Shown here: in pieces, positions 60,534-64,000 of the stretch
Numbering within the stretch: position 1 is the first letter of the stretch
Layout: each line of letters opens with the position of its first letter
Origin: Phycisphaerae bacterium
GTDB lineage: Bacteria > Planctomycetota > Phycisphaerae > UBA1845
DNA: 64,000 bases
Assembly (NCBI GenBank): GCA_963666835.2
Contig: CAXXGO010000001.1
Location: forward strand, 896,001-960,000
Reading direction: 5' to 3'
Position numbers and translations under genes: made by a program
Notes under the pieces: generated by a model
Database searches by the model: none
What the model was told of the DNA's origin: nothing
What the model saw: the letters and a program-made list of their open reading frames with translations, nothing else

Positions 60534-61539
60534 GAAACGCCACTTCCCTTCGTGTACACGGTGTGAACACCACCGAGATGACGCGCTGAATCACCTCGTC
60601 GACCGCCAGGCCGCGACGTTGAGCGGCGGCCATGAACCCCGCGTCCATCGAGAGACACGGATTCACGTTAACTTCCAGGACCCACGGCTGCCCAGACCGG
60701 TCGACGCGAAAATCCACCCTCGCGTACCCCTGTAACCCGAAGTGATGCCAGCACTTCGCCGCCAGCGTTCGCAGTCTCTCAAGGAGATCGTCGTCGGAAT
60801 CGGCAAGGTCGAACCGCCGCCGCGTCGCGCCGTACTCAAAGGAGCCTTCACGCCACTTCGCGGCGTAACCGACGATGCACGGCTTATCCGCAGGAAAATC
60901 AATGAACTCAATCTCGGCCACGGGAAGCACTTCGACATCGTGGCCGTCTGCAAGAAGTGACAGATTGAACTCGCGTCCCTCGATAAACTGTTCTGCGAAC
61001 GACTCTCCGGAGCGTGATGAAGCCCGTTGGAGTACTGCATCGAGTTCACCGTCCCGCTCGATTCGCGTAACTGCGCTGTCCTCAATTCCGACGGACGCGT
61101 CCTCCCACACGGGCTTGACGATGCAGATACACGGAGGTGTGATGTCCAGAAGCGGGGGCACCTGCAGACAACGCCAAGCGGGCGTGGGAATCCCGCACTG
61201 ATGCAGCCACGCCTTCGCCAGCGGTTTGTTCGTCGTCACCAGGCACGCCGTGCCCCCGCTGCCCGTGAACGGAATCCGCCACGCCTCGAGCATCGCCGGA
61301 ACGACATGGATCAGTCGACCATGTCCCTCCAACGATTCGACAAGGTTAAACACGAGGTCGGGTGTCGATCGCCGGAGCTTGCTGGATAGCTCCGCAAGAT
61401 CAAGACCCACCTCTGCCGTGCTGACCCGGTGACCCAACTCGCCCAGCACATCCCCAACAAGCTCTGCCTGATGAAGTGCGTCAACTTCGTCGGGCCTGCT
61501 GCTTTCATTCACGGCGTCGTGTAAGATGACGATTCTCAC
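60526..61539 (-). CDS. D-Ala-D-Ala ligase-like ATP-grasp enzyme
   Basis: LVFNLVES, VKPVWEDASVGI, EQFIEGREF, YARVDFR, LEVNVNP. GTG start overlaps the upstream TGA (GTGA). Confidence 0.88.
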   Translation of the reverse strand: MRIVILHDAVNESSRPDEVDALHQAELVGDVLGELGHRVSTAEVGLDLAELSSKLRRSTPDLVFNLVESLEGHGRLIHVVPAMLEAWRIPFTGSGGTACLVTTNKPLAKAWLHQCGIPTPAWRCLQVPPLLDITPPCICIVKPVWEDASVGIEDSAVTRIERDGELDAVLQRASSRSGESFAEQFIEGREFNLSLLADGHDVEVLPVAEIEFIDFPADKPCIVGYAAKWREGSFEYGATRRRFDLADSDDDLLERLRTLAAKCWHHFGLQGYARVDFRVDRSGQPWVLEVNVNPCLSMDAGFMAAAQRRGLAVDEVIQRVISVVFTPCTRREVAFHA

Positions 61540-62561
61540 GTTGATGACACCGGTGTAGACAACGCGTGAACGTCGCCGCAAGGCTTGTCTACCACTCGCT
61601 GCAGCGCGGAATCCACGATGCGACCAATCAGCTCGACGTAGGTCATGCCGACGGCCGTGCACAGCATGGGCAAATCTGAATGCGTGGGGTGCAACCCCGG
61701 CAACGGATTGATTTCGAGAACGAAGAGTCTTCCCTGTTCGTCGGCGCGCAGATCAACCCGACCGCCGTCGCGGCAGCCCAAAGCGCGCCACGCCGCAAGC
61801 GCCAGGGGTTCCGCATCTGTACTTACGGAGCGTGGGGCGAGAGCATATCGGCATAGACTTTCACACTGTTCCTTGTTGACATATGTGCAAGAGTGCTGCT
61901 GCGCCCCTTCGAGCAGCCCGACTTCCAGTGTTCCGATGGCAGAAGCTTCGTTTCCGGTGCCCGTAATTCCGACCGTGAATTCTCCGCCGGGAAGGAATGG
62001 TTCGACCAACGCCGGTTGCTCGAACTCCGCCAGGACGCGTTCGCATGCGCGCCGAAGCTCGGTCTGACTCGTGACCCGGGAAGAGCTGTCAATTCCTTTC
62101 GACGTTCCTTCCGCCACGGGCTTGACAAAGAGCGGAAAAGGCAAATCAATGCTGCCGATGTCGTCCATCTCGCGGACTTCACAGAAGAGAGTCGTGCGGA
62201 TCCCGCAGTCCCGCAGAATTCGCTTGGTCAGCGCCTTGTGTAGCGTCAGCGATGACACCAGCGGGTCGGAAAAGGTATAGGGGATCTGAAACGTCTCCAA
62301 GATCCCCGGCACCTGCGCCTCACGTCCAAACCCGCGCAGCCCCTCGGCGATATTGAAGACGAGGTCCCAGCGCTCGCCTAACGCCAGACGGCTTACGAGC
62401 TCTCGGGCGTGACCGACGCGTTCCGTTTCGTACCCGAGGTCCCCCAGTGCGGTTTCCAGCTCATCGATGGTTTCACCGCGGTCGAATTCGGCAGTTTCTT
62501 CGTCGCCGTATCCTTCGGCTAAGTAGGTTTCACGTAGATCGTACGTCATTCCGATTGTCAT
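61536..62561 (-). CDS. D-Ala-D-Ala ligase-like ATP-grasp enzyme
   Basis: TAEFD, FNIAEG, VKPVAEGTSKGI, GRVDLR, LEINPLPGL. Confidence 0.9.
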   Translation of the reverse strand: MTIGMTYDLRETYLAEGYGDEETAEFDRGETIDELETALGDLGYETERVGHARELVSRLALGERWDLVFNIAEGLRGFGREAQVPGILETFQIPYTFSDPLVSSLTLHKALTKRILRDCGIRTTLFCEVREMDDIGSIDLPFPLFVKPVAEGTSKGIDSSSRVTSQTELRRACERVLAEFEQPALVEPFLPGGEFTVGITGTGNEASAIGTLEVGLLEGAQQHSCTYVNKEQCESLCRYALAPRSVSTDAEPLALAAWRALGCRDGGRVDLRADEQGRLFVLEINPLPGLHPTHSDLPMLCTAVGMTYVELIGRIVDSALQRVVDKPCGDVHALSTPVSST

Positions 62562-62613
62562 AATGCATCATTCCAAGGTGTTTCTAGAGTCGCCAAGCTG
62601 CTCGCCCTGTAGC

Positions 62614-63909
62614 CTACTGACTCGGGTCGAAGTATCTAAACTCCTTCCCTTCGTAGTTTCTGAGCACCGCATAATCACCGTCGCGCTGGATGAGGGCCTC
62701 GCAGGAAAGGGGGATCTTACCCCCGCCGCCCGGGGCATCCACCACGAAGGTGGGAACTGCATAGCCGGTTATGAAACCACGGAGCCCGGCGATGATCTGT
62801 AAGCCCTTCTCGATTGGTGTCCGCAGGTGCGCGGAGCCGGAAATGGGATCGCATTGGTAGATGTAATAAGGCCTGACGCGAATCCGAAGCAAGCCAAGCA
62901 CCAGACGTCTCATCGTCTCTACATCGTCGTTGACGCCGCGTATTAGCACGATCTGCGCCCCAATTGGTATACCAGCGTCTGCCAGCCGCCCGCAGCCCTC
63001 GGCTACCTCTGGTGTGAGCTCAGCTGGGTGCATGAAGTGGATGCTCATCCACAGTGGATGATAACGCCGCAACATCTTGCAGAGTGCGGGCGTGATCCGC
63101 TGAGGGAGTACGGCTGGGATCTTCGACCCAACACGCAGGAACTCTACATGTGGGATCGCATGCAGCCGCGAGAGAATCCACTCGATACGGTCGTCGCTCA
63201 TCGTGAGCGGATCACCGCCGGAGAGAAGCACGTCACGGATCTCAGCGTGCGCTTTGATATAGGCAATTGCCTTCTCGTATTGCTTCGGGTTGAAATGGTG
63301 TTCGCCGGTCTGCCCGACCATTCTCGCTCGCGTACAATAGCGACAATAGGTAGCGCAGAAATTGGTTACCAAGAAGAGCACCCGGTCCGGGTAGCGATGA
63401 ACCAGACCCGGCACCGGCATGAAAGCATCTTCGGCAAGGGGGTCGTCGGCTTCGCCGGGGCCGATGTGGAATTCACCGGGAAGCGGGATCATCGTCCTTC
63501 GAATGGGATCGTTGGGATCATCGCGGCCCATGAGCGATGCGTAGTAAGGGGTGATCCCGACGGGCAGGTACCCTCCGAGCGCCTGAACCGCCCTACGTTC
63601 TTCATCCGAGAGCGCAAAGATCCTCTCCAACCCGGTCAGGTCACGTACCCGCTTCCGCAATTGCCAGCGCCAATTGTTCCACTCGTCGAACGTGATTTCG
63701 CGGAAGAACTCTTCGCGGAACCGGGTGGTGACGCTTCGGTCCGACGTGGAGCGCGTTTGCCTCCCGCGCTGTGCCACAGCGCGCACTGAGGGCGCCTTTC
63801 CGTTTCGTTCTGGCTTGAGCGATAGCGGGTTTTCGAGAACCGTCAGAAAGACATCGTTGCGGCGACAGCCGCCAGGCTCCCGATCGGAGCCGCCGGATTG
63901 TGCGTCCAT
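62614..63909 (-). CDS. kamA: KamA-family radical SAM/PLP 2,3-aminomutase (lysine 2,3-aminomutase-like); start uncertain
   Basis: HRYPDRVL, CATYCRYCTR, SGGDPL, YIYQCD, VDAPGGGGKIP. Confidence 0.9.
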   Translation of the reverse strand: MDAQSGGSDREPGGCRRNDVFLTVLENPLSLKPERNGKAPSVRAVAQRGRQTRSTSDRSVTTRFREEFFREITFDEWNNWRWQLRKRVRDLTGLERIFALSDEERRAVQALGGYLPVGITPYYASLMGRDDPNDPIRRTMIPLPGEFHIGPGEADDPLAEDAFMPVPGLVHRYPDRVLFLVTNFCATYCRYCTRARMVGQTGEHHFNPKQYEKAIAYIKAHAEIRDVLLSGGDPLTMSDDRIEWILSRLHAIPHVEFLRVGSKIPAVLPQRITPALCKMLRRYHPLWMSIHFMHPAELTPEVAEGCGRLADAGIPIGAQIVLIRGVNDDVETMRRLVLGLLRIRVRPYYIYQCDPISGSAHLRTPIEKGLQIIAGLRGFITGYAVPTFVVDAPGGGGKIPLSCEALIQRDGDYAVLRNYEGKEFRYFDPSQ

Positions 63910-64000
63910 CTTCCTTCGGAGGACCTCACGTGGGCGCCGCCGGTTCGCCCCGTCCGACTTACACACGGACGATACTCTGGCCGATTGTGCTAGCGCACCA

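Noticed and set aside
60526..62561. Canonical peptidoglycan ddl genes
   Set aside because: No mur/dcw context, divergent N-termini, and paired with KamA and GNATs; no gene symbol assigned.

Overview
GC-rich bacterial window, most likely Planctomycetota (Phycisphaerae-like; inferred from protein types). It has three blocks. (1) 1-34 kb: seven co-oriented giant secreted-protein genes built from a shared module kit: lamin-tail domains (LTD), three divergent CotH kinases, right-handed beta-helices, Cys/Asp-rich and disintegrin-like repeats, cohesin-like domains and dockerin-like EF-hand pairs. It suggests a cellulosome-like cohesin-dockerin assembly carrying kinases and beta-helix proteins, with no recognisable glycoside hydrolases. 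Near-identical 0.65 kb and 2.6 kb DNA blocks flank divergent catalytic cassettes. (2) 34.06-57.57 kb: an accessory island bounded by an exact 20-bp direct repeat, with inner att-like sites (tRNA-Met anticodon-arm fragments plus a 36-bp repeat). It carries an rve integrase, a YehI/L/M/P/Q-type DUF4132-MoxR-VWA-SWIM system, SEC-C and TPR proteins, a SNF2/SWIM-HTH pair, two AAA_14/DUF4143 ATPases, gene remnants and an anion transporter. (3) 57.7-64 kb: a minus-strand operon KamA - two Ddl-like ATP-grasp ligases - GNAT/HDAC fusion - GNAT - MgtC. All domain calls come from motif recognition by eye, not database searches.
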